This document shows, in pieces, positions 33,591 through 44,776 of a DNA stretch of 64,000 nt; positions within the stretch are counted from its first letter, which is position 1, and every line of letters starts with the position of its first letter. The DNA is from an uncultured delta proteobacterium (GTDB lineage: Bacteria > Myxococcota_A > Polyangia > Polyangiales > Polyangiaceae). The stretch lies in the NCBI GenBank assembly GCA_963716725.1, contig CAVQUB010000004.1, forward strand, positions 96,001 to 160,000, given 5' to 3'. Below the pieces are notes generated by a model, which ran no database searches, had not been told where the DNA came from, and saw only the letters and a list, made by a program, of their open reading frames with translations. The translations under genes and the position numbers were made by a program.

Positions 33591-34474
33591 CCCCGCGGGT
33601 GGGCCTTCTGGTGGGCCTTCTTCACGTGGTCCCGGGTGACGTGGGTGTAGATCTCGGTCGTGGACACGTCGCTGTGGCCGAGCAGGGTCTGAACGGCTCG
33701 AAGATCCGCGCCGCCGCGCAAGAGGTGGGTTGCGAACGAGTGACGGAGCTGGTGAGGGTGGGCCTCGAAGCTGATGCCTGCGATCCGGGCGTAGCGGCGC
33801 ACGATCTTCCAGAAGGCCTGCCGTGTCAGGGGCGCGCCGCGCGGGCCGGCGAACAATACCTTGCTGACCAGGCCGCTCTCGGCTTGCCGCGCTTCGAGGT
33901 ACGCCGCCACGTGGTCGAGGGCGACCTCGCCGAGGGGCACCAGCCGGCGTTTGCCGCCCTTGCCCAGCGCGCCGACGATGCCGCGGGCGAGATCGACGTC
34001 GCCGAAGGTCAGGTTCACGAGCTCGCTGACTCGGAGCCCCGAGGCATAGCCCACACTGAGCATCGCGCGGTCCCGCAGACCTCGGAGCCGACTGACGTCG
34101 GGGGTGTCGATCAGGCGGACCATCTCTTGTTCCCCCAAGGTGTGCGGCAGCTTGCGCCCGAAGCGGGGGCGGGCCGCGAGCGCGGTGGGGTCCGAGGCGA
34201 TGGCGCCCTCCTTGACCAAGAAGCGAACGAGGCCGCGCACCGACGAGAGGTGGCGGGCGGCGCTCCGGGGCCCGAGGCCGGCCTTGGCCAGCGACGATTG
34301 CCAGGCGCTGAGCCGCCCGAGATCCAGCTCGCGTGGATCCTGTGCGCCTTGGTCTTCGAGGAAAGCCGCGAGCTTTGCCAGATCGCGCCCGTAGCCGGCG
34401 ATGGTGTTGGCCGAGAGTGCCCGCTCGACCCGAAGGTACGACAAATACAGATCGATGGCCGTGTCGATGCGCAC
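33587..34474 (-). CDS. xerD: Site-specific tyrosine recombinase XerD
   Basis: ERALSANTIAGYGRDL, RDRAML..GLRVSEL, GKGGKRRLVP, TRQAFW, HPHQLRHSFATHLL, LLGH...TEIYTHV, HPRG. Confidence 0.92.
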   Translation of the reverse strand: MRIDTAIDLYLSYLRVERALSANTIAGYGRDLAKLAAFLEDQGAQDPRELDLGRLSAWQSSLAKAGLGPRSAARHLSSVRGLVRFLVKEGAIASDPTALAARPRFGRKLPHTLGEQEMVRLIDTPDVSRLRGLRDRAMLSVGYASGLRVSELVNLTFGDVDLARGIVGALGKGGKRRLVPLGEVALDHVAAYLEARQAESGLVSKVLFAGPRGAPLTRQAFWKIVRRYARIAGISFEAHPHQLRHSFATHLLRGGADLRAVQTLLGHSDVSTTEIYTHVTRDHVKKAHQKAHPRG

Positions 34475-34514
34475 TCCCCGGAGCTTAGCGAAACTCGAGG
34501 TTGCGGCGAAAATC

Positions 34515-35273
34515 TCAGCCGGCCGCGGCCCGCAGCTGATCGAGCAGCTCCGAGGGGTCGTCGCGCCGCATCAGCGCTTCACCGATCAGGGCCGCGTCGA
34601 GACCGGCCGCGGCCAGTACACGCACGTCGTCGGCGCTCTTCACCCCCGAGAGGTGCACCCGGGTGACCTCCGGCGAGAGTCCCGCGACGATGCGTCGGGC
34701 GCGGTCCTGATCCATCCGTAGGCTGTCGAGGTCCCGAGCGTTCACGCCGATCAGGTCGGCCCCCAGGGCGCAGGCCTGCTCGGCCTCGGCTTCGGTCGCG
34801 ACTTCGACGAGCGGCGTCAGCCCACGAGTCCGAGCGGCGCCGAGCAACCTCGCCAGCTGTTCTTGATCGAGGCAGCGCGCGATCAACAGCACGGCGTCGG
34901 CGCCCAGGGCTCGCGCCCAGTCGAGCTGAACCTCGTCGATCACGAAGTCTTTGCACAGGATGGGGATCGAAGTAGCGGCCCGCGCTTCGCTCAGGTGCGC
35001 GAAGGCGCCATCGAAGTACTTGGCGTCGGTCAGCACGCTGATCATGCTCGCGCCGCCGTGTTCGTAGAGCCGTGCGCGCTGGCCCACTCCCAGCGCGGTC
35101 GAGAGTTGCCCCGCCGAGGGCGAGCGGCGCTTGATCTCGCAGATCAGGTGCAGCGGTCCGGGCGCCGAACGTCGAAGCGCGAGCGGTCGGGGCACGAAGC
35201 TCGATGCGGGAGCCGGCCCGAGTCGGTCGACCTCGAAGCGCTTGTGCGCGAGGATCTCCTGCAACCGGCTCAC
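34515..35273 (-). CDS. trpC: Indole-3-glycerol phosphate synthase
   Basis: EIKRRSPSAG, ISVLTD..YFDG, PILCKDFVID, IGVNARDL, LIGEALMR. Confidence 0.93.
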   Translation of the reverse strand: MSRLQEILAHKRFEVDRLGPAPASSFVPRPLALRRSAPGPLHLICEIKRRSPSAGQLSTALGVGQRARLYEHGGASMISVLTDAKYFDGAFAHLSEARAATSIPILCKDFVIDEVQLDWARALGADAVLLIARCLDQEQLARLLGAARTRGLTPLVEVATEAEAEQACALGADLIGVNARDLDSLRMDQDRARRIVAGLSPEVTRVHLSGVKSADDVRVLAAAGLDAALIGEALMRRDDPSELLDQLRAAAG

Positions 35274-36279
35274 GCCCGCGCTTCCCGACGCCAGCGCTCG
35301 AGCAGCGCCAACGCGCGCCCGCTCACCAGCGCTTCCCGAGCGCGCTCCGCGGCACGCAGAGGTTCGATGCCCTCGAAGACCACCAACGCGGCGGCAGCGT
35401 TGAGCACGAACGCGTCGCGAGCCGGGTGCCCCGCGCCGGCCAAGACGCTTTGGATCGCGTGGGCGTTGTCGACCGCGCTTCCTCCCGCGATGGCGCTCGG
35501 TGGGCTCTCGCTCAGGCCGAAATCGGCCGGGCTCAACCGGAGCTCGCTGACGCGCCCCTGATCGAGGCAGCTCACCCGGGTCGGCCCGCAGGGGCTCACC
35601 TCGTCGAGTCCGTCTTCCCCTCGCACCACCCAGGCTCGCTCGACGCCGAGGCAGCCCAGCGTCCGAGCGAGCACCGGTCGGAGGGCGTCGTCGTAGGCGC
35701 CGAGCAGCTGATGGGTGGCGCGGGCGGGGTTCGCCAGGGGGCCGAGGCAGTTGAAGATGGTGCGGATCCCCAGCTCGCGCCGGGCCACGCCCCCATGCCG
35801 CATTGCTGGGTGATGGACCGGCGCCATCAAGAACGCGATGCCGACCTCACGGAGCAGTCGGGCGGCGGCGCTCGCCGGCAGATCCGTGGGGATGCCCAGG
35901 GCCTCGAGCACGTCCGCGCTGCCGGCCTGGCTCGAGACGGCGCGGTTGCCGTGTTTGGCCACGACGACGCCACAGGCGGCAGCGATGATCGCGGCGCCCG
36001 TCGACAGGTTGAGCGTGCCGCTGCCGTCGCCCCCGGTCCCACAGGTGTCGAGGACCGCTCCGAGGCCGTGCTGCACCGGCACCATCGCGTCGCGGAGGGA
36101 GCGCGCGGCGGCCTCGATGACCTCGGCGCTCTCCCCGGTCAAGCGCAGCGCTACCGCGAAGCCGGCGACCTGCACCGGGGTCCATTCACCGCGCAAGATG
36201 GCGTCGAAGACCTCCCGCACGCGAGCGGGACCGATGCCTGCCGGCGCCGTCAGCTCGGCGAAGACTTGGGCGAAGCTGG

Positions 36280-36283
<4 letters not shown>
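35270..36283 (-). CDS. trpD: Anthranilate phosphoribosyltransferase
   Basis: DTCGTGGDG, AKHGNRAVSS..GSADVLE, RTIFNCLGPLANP, DGLDE. Confidence 0.95.
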
Positions 36284-36855
<572 letters not shown>

Positions 36856-36946
36856 GTCGCCGAAGGTGTCACCGCCGGCGGCCACGGTCAAACCTGCATC
36901 GCATGGAACTTAGAAGGCGCGGCAGCGACTCGCTACGATTGCGGTC

Positions 36947-37261
36947 ATGGACGAACGCCGTCGCTCCGCTCGCAAGGCCGTCGATGTGTTCTTGAACAAA
37001 TTCATCGGCGGTTACCCCCACCTGTGCCGCGCCGTCGACATCTCGACGGAGGGCATCCAGCTCGTGGGATATCACGAGCCCGCCACGCGCATGGAGTCGT
37101 TCCAGCTCGAACTGCGCCTGCCGGGCGACGGCCACACGCTGTGGCTCTGGGCGCGTCGGATCTCGACCCGCGGGCGCAACCAGGTGCTCGAATTCGTGAG
37201 TCGGAGCGCCGAAGACGCCCACCGAATCGAGCGCTTCATGGCGTCGTACCAGCCCGCCTGA
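36947..37261 (+). CDS. PilZ-domain protein
   Basis: ERRRSAR (RxxxR) and DISTEG (DxSxxG). Confidence 0.85.
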   Translation: MDERRRSARKAVDVFLNKFIGGYPHLCRAVDISTEGIQLVGYHEPATRMESFQLELRLPGDGHTLWLWARRISTRGRNQVLEFVSRSAEDAHRIERFMASYQPA

Positions 37262-37262
37262 G

Positions 37263-38118
37263 TCAGTAGCCGTGCTCCCTCAGGAACTTCTCGATCCTGA
37301 GGTTCACCAGCTCCGGGTACTCGAGCGCGGCGTAGTGCGTCGCGCCGCGCACGACCAAGAATCTCTCCGCCCCGAATGCGCCGCGCCATCTGCTGGGCGA
37401 GTTGTCGCGGAGTGAACGCGTCGCGGTCGCCCGTGATCACCAGGGTGGGGACCGCGATGGCATCGAGCACGTGCGCGGCGTCGTGGTCGCCGAGCTCTCG
37501 CAAGATCGAGAGGTAGCGGTCCAGGTTGACGCCGCCGAAGTCCGCGGCAATCTCCCGGAACAGGTCCTCGTCCATGGTGCCGCCGACGATGCCGAGCCGC
37601 TTGAGCCACATTACGGTCTCCGGCCACTGGGTTGCGCGGCGCAGCACCGACGAAGCGGTCTCGTGCACGCGCCGGACCTGGTCCACGAGGCCAGGCACGA
37701 TCCTCGAAGACAGGGGCACGCTCGTCGAGTGCAGCGGCCGGCCGAAGGTCCCGTTCACCAGCAGCAGGTGCGACACCAGCTCGGGCCGGCGCTCGTACAG
37801 CTCCAAGATGACCTGGACCCCCATGCTCCAACCGACGAACGCCGCGCGCTCGATGCCCAGCGACTCGAGGACCGCCTCCAGGTCTTCGACGTGCCGCCCG
37901 ACGTCGAGACGTGGCGAGTCGCCGGCCGGCACCGTGGATCCGTACAGGCCGCGGTAGTCCCAGCTGACGATCCGGTAGCGGTCGGAGAGGTAGTCGACCT
38001 GGTGCCGCCAGGACGCGAAGGGGCCGCCCAGGCCGTTGGCCAGCACGAGCGGTCGGCCCGAGCCGCCGGTGTCGTGGATGGCGATGCTGGCGCCGTCGCT
38101 GACGGAAAGGTTCGGCAT
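37263..38118 (-). CDS. Alpha/beta hydrolase (frameshift ~37358)
   Basis: LANGLGG, WDYRGLY, GWSMG, PTLVITGDRD; shifted frame gives VRGATHYAALEYPELVNLRIEKFLREHGY*. Confidence 0.88.
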
Positions 38119-38302
38119 GCGGCTCGAGGGCGCCTATATCGCCCGGGGGGAGCGCGGGCGACAACCCCAAAGCACCTGGGCGGGCGGCGCCGCGCAGCGC
38201 TCGCCAAGTTCAATCTTGCCCGGGGGATTTTTGCCAGATAGTGTGCCGGCGACCTTCCGCGCGGGCGATTCGAACGAACCGGAAGGCTCCTGAGCACCTG
38301 CA

Positions 38303-39421
38303 ATGGCCGAAGAAAAGAAGCCCAAGATCGATCTCAAGTCCCGCCTCGGGAAGAAGACCGTCAGCGCGCCTGGTGGCCCGACTATCCCGCCGCCCGTCGG
38401 CATGTTGGGAGGGTCCGTTCCCGTACCGCCCTTCGGATCGTCGCCGTCGCAACCCCAGCGACCCGCGGTGGACGCGTCCAACCCCTATTCATCCATCTCC
38501 GCTGATCAGTCGTCCGCGAGATCGGAACCTCAGGCGATCAAGATCGAGATGACCGAAGAGGTCGTCGCCGCCCAAAAGAAAGGGCGCGCCAAGGTGGTGG
38601 TGCTGGCTGCCATCACCGCCATGGTGGGTGGTCTCATCGGCTACGCCTTTGGCGGCGGAGTCGAGCGCGGCAAGTCGGCTGAGGCGGCGGTCACCGGCGC
38701 CGAAGAGCTCGCCAAAGAGGTCGAGGACGCTGCGAGCAAGATCGACGAGCTGGCGGAGGTGCTGAAGTCCGCCCAGAGCAAGCTCAAAGACAGCAAGTTC
38801 CCCGACGAAGAGGTGCAGAAGCTCGGCGCCATCGACATCCCCTTCAAGGGTGCGAACCTCACCGGCAAGGGCATCGGCCGGTTCAAGGCCGATATCGTGA
38901 CCATGCTGATCAGCTTTGCCAGCGGCGCTCACGAGGCCAACGACGGCAAGGACAAGATCCGAAGCCTGCTCACCGGCGCCAAGCCCGCCATCGAAGATCT
39001 GCTCGCCCAGCAGACGACCCCCAAGGTTCGCTGGGGCACCTTCCTCGAGAACGGTCCGGGCGGCCCGTGGATGAGCATGCAGCCGCTCCCGACTGCCTTC
39101 TTGGTTTCGAAAGAAAAAGAGAAGACCTACAAGTGGCCGGACGACTTCAAGATCGCCCAGGGCGGCAAGACCTTCACGCTCAAGCGCTACTCGAGCGGTG
39201 ATCCGACCAAGGCCAAGGCGGGTGAGCCCTACATCATCCCGGTCAATCCCCAGACGCAGAACGCCGTCTGCCCGTCGGATCTGGCCGTGCGTCTCCAGCG
39301 CGAGCTCCGGACTCTCGAAGAGGTGCTGCGTGGTGACAAGACGCCAGGCGCCGAGCGGGACGGACTGATCGACATGGGCACCGTCCTGGCTGACAAGCTC
39401 AAGGGCGTCGGGCGCCCCTGA
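38303..39421 (+). CDS. Hypothetical single-pass membrane protein
   Basis: Pro-rich N-terminus, one TM segment, coiled coil; strong GC3 bias. Confidence 0.75.
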   Translation: MAEEKKPKIDLKSRLGKKTVSAPGGPTIPPPVGMLGGSVPVPPFGSSPSQPQRPAVDASNPYSSISADQSSARSEPQAIKIEMTEEVVAAQKKGRAKVVVLAAITAMVGGLIGYAFGGGVERGKSAEAAVTGAEELAKEVEDAASKIDELAEVLKSAQSKLKDSKFPDEEVQKLGAIDIPFKGANLTGKGIGRFKADIVTMLISFASGAHEANDGKDKIRSLLTGAKPAIEDLLAQQTTPKVRWGTFLENGPGGPWMSMQPLPTAFLVSKEKEKTYKWPDDFKIAQGGKTFTLKRYSSGDPTKAKAGEPYIIPVNPQTQNAVCPSDLAVRLQRELRTLEEVLRGDKTPGAERDGLIDMGTVLADKLKGVGRP

Positions 39422-39446
39422 GGCAGGGCAGCGCTTCGAGGGTGGG

Positions 39447-40766
39447 TCAGGCTGCGGAGACGCGGGTCGGCTTCGTGGACTCCGTGCCCTTCTGAACCGG
39501 TAGCTTCTCGATCTCGACCTGAATCACGCGCCGATCGTCCGCAGCCCGGACGTGGAACGAGAAGCCCTTGTCGGAGATGCTCTCGCCGACGGCGGGCACA
39601 CGACCGAGGCGCTCCAGGAGCAAGCCTCCGACGGTGTTGTAGTCGCCGTCCTCCGCGAACTCGGCGTCCAGACGGCGATTGACGTCGCCGATCGACACCG
39701 AGGCGTCGACCAGCAGGCGCCCCTCGGCGAGCTCCACGATGCTCTCCTCCTCGGAGTCGTGCTCGTCTTGGATGTCGCCGACGATCTCCTCGATCAGATC
39801 TTCCAGCGTGACGATGCCGCTCATGCCGCCGAACTCGTCGATCACGATGGCGAGGTGGTGGCGCCCGGCGCGCATGTCCTTCAAGACCTTGCTGGCCTCG
39901 TGCGTCTCCGGCACGAACGCCACTGGGCGCCTCAAGATAGTCTCCAAGCGCAGCGACTCGAGCCGCTCGCTCTGCGCGGCGAAGGTGAGGAGATCCTTGG
40001 CGTGCAGTACGCCCACCACGTTGTCGATGCGCTCTCGATATACGGGAAAGCGCGAGTGTCCGCTCTCGCGGACCTTGAGCAGGAGCTCCTCGGGCGGCAC
40101 GTCGATGTCGAAGGCCATGACCCGGGTGCGAGGGACCATGGCCTCGCCCGCGGTCAGCTCGCCGAACTCGAGTACGTTTCGGACCATCTCGGCCTGGTCG
40201 TGGTCGATGGAGCCCGCGCGCTCGCCTTCGTCGACCAGGATTTCCATCTCGGTCTCGGTGACTCGCGGGGGCGGGATGGTGTGCGCGGCCGTCACGACCC
40301 TGCGTCCCACCAGGCGACCCAGCAGCGCCAGCGGTGCGGCGAAGGGAGCCGCGAGCAGCTCGAAGGGCCGGAACAGGCGCAGCGCAATCACGGTCGCCCG
40401 CTCGGGCGCTCGCAGGGCGACGCCCTTGAGCACCTCGGCCGGCAGACCGTAGCCAATCACCGCTGCCAGCGCCGCGGCGAGCGGCGACCACGCTCCGAGC
40501 ACGTGCCCGACCTGCTGGATGAGCAACGCAGCGCTGGTCGCGATTCCGACCACCCGAAGCACCAGCCACCGGGACTCCACTCGGCGTCCGTCCTCGATGT
40601 ATCGCTCCAGCGCCGCGCGGCTGGCGCCCTCGAGGGTCTCTCGGAGCGCGGCCTTTCGCGGGCCCGAGAGCGCACCCAAGGCGGCGCTCGCCGCACCGAA
40701 GACAGAAACGAAGGCTGCAGGGACGGCGGCCAGTAGCAGGCCGAAGACGGTAGGTGGGGTGCTCAA
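39447..40766 (-). CDS. Hemolysin/CNNM family protein (DUF21-CBS-CorC)
   Basis: AMVPRTRV, HSRFPVY, GVLHAKDL, AIVIDEFGGMSGIVTLEDLIEEIVGDIQDEHD, YNTVGG; start uncertain. Confidence 0.9.
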   Translation of the reverse strand: MSTPPTVFGLLLAAVPAAFVSVFGAASAALGALSGPRKAALRETLEGASRAALERYIEDGRRVESRWLVLRVVGIATSAALLIQQVGHVLGAWSPLAAALAAVIGYGLPAEVLKGVALRAPERATVIALRLFRPFELLAAPFAAPLALLGRLVGRRVVTAAHTIPPPRVTETEMEILVDEGERAGSIDHDQAEMVRNVLEFGELTAGEAMVPRTRVMAFDIDVPPEELLLKVRESGHSRFPVYRERIDNVVGVLHAKDLLTFAAQSERLESLRLETILRRPVAFVPETHEASKVLKDMRAGRHHLAIVIDEFGGMSGIVTLEDLIEEIVGDIQDEHDSEEESIVELAEGRLLVDASVSIGDVNRRLDAEFAEDGDYNTVGGLLLERLGRVPAVGESISDKGFSFHVRAADDRRVIQVEIEKLPVQKGTESTKPTRVSAA

Positions 40767-40873
40767 TGCCGGGGGCGTGTGGGGCGCCAATCCGGCACCC
40801 CCTCCAGGCACCAACCTTAGCGTCGGGGTGAGCAAACGCGCAACCCAGCCCGCGTGCGCACCGAGGGGGGAGG

Positions 40874-41473
40874 GTGATTCTCCCTGGCCCGCTCCGCCGC
40901 GTCTCTCCGCCACCACCGGCAAATACCCAAAAGCACAAGGGAAAACCCCTGACGTTCCGGCTGGTTCTAGAAAAACAGGTGGAGCAAAAGCTCCGCCCCG
41001 ACCCGCGGGCGCTGCCCGAGACGGATGCGCCCCGCCGCGTCGACGCGACCAGGCACCCGGTGGACGAGCCGCTGCCGCGCGCCGTCGTCGAGACCGAACC
41101 GGCAGCGCTCGCGCCGGCCCAGCCCCTCGACCCGATGCTGGCAGCCCTGGCCGCTCCGATGAGCCGCGTCGCCGAGGCCCCGGTCCCCGTGCCCGGCCCC
41201 GGCCCCGGCGCGAATCCCTTGCCCGACGACTTGGCGCTCGAGCGCATCGTCAAGCGGCTGTCTTGGGGCGGCAACGGCAAGCGGGGTAGCGCACGCATCG
41301 AGCTCGGGGCCGGCAGCCTGGCCGGTGCCACGCTGCTCGTTCACGCTGAAGGTCGCGAGGTCACCATCGAAGTCGAAGGGGCCGACCCGTCGGCAGTCGA
41401 GGCGCTCGCACGACGCATCAGTCATCGCCTCGACCAGAAGGGGCTCAGCTTGCGCGAAGTTCGTCAGGGCTGA
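40874..41473 (+). CDS. Hypothetical protein with FliK/SctP-like C-terminal domain
   Basis: Pro-rich N-terminal half, then ARIELGAGSLAGATLLVHAEGREVTIEV...ISHRLDQKGL. Confidence 0.5.
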   Translation: MILPGPLRRVSPPPPANTQKHKGKPLTFRLVLEKQVEQKLRPDPRALPETDAPRRVDATRHPVDEPLPRAVVETEPAALAPAQPLDPMLAALAAPMSRVAEAPVPVPGPGPGANPLPDDLALERIVKRLSWGGNGKRGSARIELGAGSLAGATLLVHAEGREVTIEVEGADPSAVEALARRISHRLDQKGLSLREVRQG

Positions 41474-42340
41474 AAGCCGCGCACGACCCGCTGCTCGCCG
41501 GACGCTTCGGGCTGGCCGAGCGCGACGAGCGATCCTTGTTCCGAGAGCCAGGCGCTCACGCCCGAGTCGCTTGGCGAGCTCATGAAGTGCTCGGGCCCCA
41601 GCTTCTTGCCGCAGCGGGCGCGCGTCACGCCTTCCTGATTCAGGGTTGCAGTGGGCAGCGCACGGCTCGCGGCGATCACCGTGGGCATCACCGGCCGAGC
41701 GGCGTCGAGGGGCCAGGTCGCGGCGTCGTCGAGGGTGAAGGTGCCGCTGGCAACGCGACGCAGCTCCGCGAGGTGGGCTGGCACGCCGAGGGCCGCGCCG
41801 AGATCCCGCGCCAGCGCCCGCACGTAGTAGCCCTTGGAGACTCGGAGATCGAGGGACACTCCGTGGTCGTTTGCCGAGAGCAGCCTCAGATTCCTGCAAC
41901 GAAACCCCACGCGCTGGCAGTTCGAGGGGCTGGCCGCGACGTGCGGCCCGGTACGCGCGCTCACCGTCGACCTGGATCGCGCTCACCGCCGGAGGAACTT
42001 GCGACTCGCGCTGGCTCTCGAGGCTCAAGGCTGCCGCCAGAGCCGCCTGATCGAGCCAGCCAGCGGGCAAGACCCGCTCCTCGGTCGTCTGTCCCAGGGC
42101 GTCCAGAGTGTCGGTGCTGCGCCCGAAGCCGACCGTGGCCAGGTAGCGCTTGGAAGCTGCGGTCAGGTACTGGCTCAGCTTGCAGGCTTCGCCGATCATC
42201 AAGACCAACACGCCGCTCGCCATCGGGTCGAGGGTGCCTGCGTGGCCGATCTCCCGCGTGCCGTAGACGCGTCGCGCGCGCGCCACCACGTCGTGGCTGG
42301 TGGGCCCCGAAGGCTTATCGACGACGAGCACTCCGTGCAC
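41464..42340 (-). CDS. truB: tRNA pseudouridine(55) synthase (frameshift ~41893)
   Basis: GVLVVDKPSGPTSHDVV, GHAGTLDPMASGVL, QVPPAVSAI..DGERAY; next frame VSKGYYVRALARDLG, LRRVASG. Confidence 0.93.
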
Positions 42341-42346
42341 GATCGT

Positions 42347-43600
42347 TCAACCGAGCCACACGCTCTGGCGCCGCGCGAGGCCGGCATCTACGAGCCGCTG
42401 AATCGTCGCCCGGACGCGCTCGGACAATCGCCCCACCAGGACGTGGTCGTCCGCGGCTTCGGGGCCGTAGCCCTCGAAGTGCATCGGTTCGCCGAACACG
42501 ATCTGCCACTTGGTCGGCGCCGGCAGCAGGCCCAAGGGACCCAGCGCGGGGAAGGTGGGCGTGACGGGCAGGTAGGGCAGGCCGAGCAGCTTCGATACGC
42601 CCTCGACTCGGTAGAGCAGCGGCGCGGCTTCTTCGGCGCCGACGATGGCGCAGGGCACGACCGGCGTTTGGGTGCGCAAGGCCAGCCGAATGAAGCCGCC
42701 GCGACCGAAGCGCTGGAGCTGGTAGCGATGGCGATAGAGCTTGCCGATGCCCTTCACTCCTTCGGGAAAGACCGCCACCAGGGCGTTCTGCCGGAGTAAG
42801 CGCTCGGCGTTCTCTTGGCACGCGCGCACGGCGCCGATGCGGTTCAGGAACGCGCCCGCGAAGGGCAGGTAGAAGACGAAATCTTCGGCGAGCCAGCGCA
42901 GCTCCCGCGCGGAGGCGTGATCGAGGCGAAGTGCCGCGCGCAACATCACCCCGTCGAGCGGCAGGGTGCCCGAGTGGTTCGCGACGACCAGGCAGCGGCC
43001 GTCCGATGGGATTTGGTCGGCGCCTTGGGTCTCGACGCGAAAGTAGCGGCGATACAGAAAATCGATCACGGGCAAGAGCCGCGCCTCGTATTTTGGATCC
43101 AGCCCAAAGTCGTCGACGTCTTCGGAGCGATTGCGCATGCCGAGCCGACCCCACTGCCGCAGGTAGTAGTCACTCGAGATGAGCTCCCGCACGGCTTCGC
43201 CCGCGCCGGCGCCGCTTCCAGGTCGCTCGACGGGCACGCTGAGGCGCGCCGCCATCTTCTGCGCCGCAGACCCGACTTGCTCACGCAAGCTGGGAGGCGG
43301 CGGCTCTTCGGTCGCGCCGCGGATCAGGCCGTCGAGACGCGCTTCCAGCGCTCGGATCTGCGCCTCGACGTCTTCGTCCGGGGCCGCCGCACGGGGCTTC
43401 TTCGCGCGCTCGGGGCTCGGTTTTCCCCAGTCGGTGTTGGGCGGCACCATGCGCGAGCCGATCCCGAGCTCGTCCTCGTCGATGGACTCTGGTGCCGGCT
43501 CCGAGGCAGGAGCCCGCTTCTTGGCGCTCGGCGCGCGTCGACGAGTCGCGGCGGGACGCGCGGCAGGCTTCGGCTTCGGAGCTTTTCGGCGCATGCTCAC
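42347..43600 (-). CDS. Lysophospholipid/glycerol acyltransferase (PlsC-like)
   Basis: VANHSGTLPLD, VFPEGVKG, FGRGGFIRLA, VGAEE. Confidence 0.88.
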   Translation of the reverse strand: MSMRRKAPKPKPAARPAATRRRAPSAKKRAPASEPAPESIDEDELGIGSRMVPPNTDWGKPSPERAKKPRAAAPDEDVEAQIRALEARLDGLIRGATEEPPPPSLREQVGSAAQKMAARLSVPVERPGSGAGAGEAVRELISSDYYLRQWGRLGMRNRSEDVDDFGLDPKYEARLLPVIDFLYRRYFRVETQGADQIPSDGRCLVVANHSGTLPLDGVMLRAALRLDHASARELRWLAEDFVFYLPFAGAFLNRIGAVRACQENAERLLRQNALVAVFPEGVKGIGKLYRHRYQLQRFGRGGFIRLALRTQTPVVPCAIVGAEEAAPLLYRVEGVSKLLGLPYLPVTPTFPALGPLGLLPAPTKWQIVFGEPMHFEGYGPEAADDHVLVGRLSERVRATIQRLVDAGLARRQSVWLG

Positions 43601-44680
43601 GCGGGGGTCTCCGGCAAGAGTCTCACGTCACGGAGGTGTTGTGCGCTCGCGTAGTCGATGACCGCTTCGCGTGTGGTGTAAACGGGCGAAAATCCCATCG
43701 CGCGCCCGGCTTGCTCTCCATCGGCAACACATACGTACTGAAGGTAGTCGAGCAGGGCCGGCGGCGCCTCGGACAGATGCGCGAACCAGAGGGCGCTGAC
43801 CACGGGCCCCGCAAGCGGGCGGGGCAGTGGAAGCGCCACCCGACCGGCGAGCTTCACCACCGTCGACAGCGGCAAGACGCCGTCGGCGACGATGTTGAAG
43901 ACGCCCGGCACGTCGTGGTCCACGGCCAGCTTGATGGCTGCGACGGCGTCCGCCTCGTGCACGAACTGCATCAGCGGATCGAAGCCGAGGATGGTGGGCA
44001 CCAGTCGACGACTCAAGTACTGGGAGACGTAGTTGTTCACCGTGGGCCCGAGGATGGGCGCCGTTCGGAGGACGGTGACCACCCGCCCCTTGCCCGGCTT
44101 GCCGAAGCGCATCGCCTCGCTCTCGGCTTCGATTCTTGTCTGCGAAGAACGGGTCTTCGCGACGCGCACGCAGCGGATGGCGCTCGGACAGAAAGTTGGG
44201 GTTCGTCGGGTGCGCGCCGTAGAGCACGGTCTGGCTCCACATCACGAGCTTCTGCACCTTGCTGCGCCGGCAGGCGTTGAGCACGTGCAGGGTCCCCACG
44301 CTCTCGAGCTCGTGGGCCCATGCGGTGGCGTGGGTGGGGGACGCCAAGAACGCCAGGTGCACCACCACGTCGACCCGCTCCGCCGTGAAGATCTCCGCCA
44401 CGCGTTCTTCGGCGGTCGGCTGGGTCAGATCGACGTCGTACACCCGGGTCTTCTGACCTGCCGTCTCGGGTCGCTCGATGTCCAGGCTCACGATGCGGCC
44501 GATGCGGTCGTCTTCCTCGAGCAGCCCGATCAAGTTCTTGCCGAGGAACGAGCGGGCGCCCGTGACAGCGACGGAACGCGTCGCTGCTGCCGGACGGGTC
44601 ACGGCGCCTGTGGGGGGCAGGGCGGCGACGGTTCCGCCGGGGATCGCCTTCTTCGCCTCTTTCTGTCGGCCTCGAGCCAT
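43597..44680 (-). CDS. NAD-dependent epimerase/dehydratase (frameshift ~44133)
   Basis: VAVTGARSFLG, VVHLAF, YGAHPTNP; next frame IEAESE, GFDPLMQFVHEAD, FNIVADG. Confidence 0.85.
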
Positions 44681-44776
44681 CGGACCGACACGGTAATCGA
44701 ACCTGCGCGAAAGTGGGACCCCCGGAAAATGGGTTCGGGCCCTGCGCGTTGCCGCGGCCTCTGGTAGCTTTGAACC

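Noticed and set aside
33587..34474. Prophage or genomic-island integrase
   Set aside because: Sequence is typical housekeeping XerD inside a trp gene run; no att repeats or phage genes
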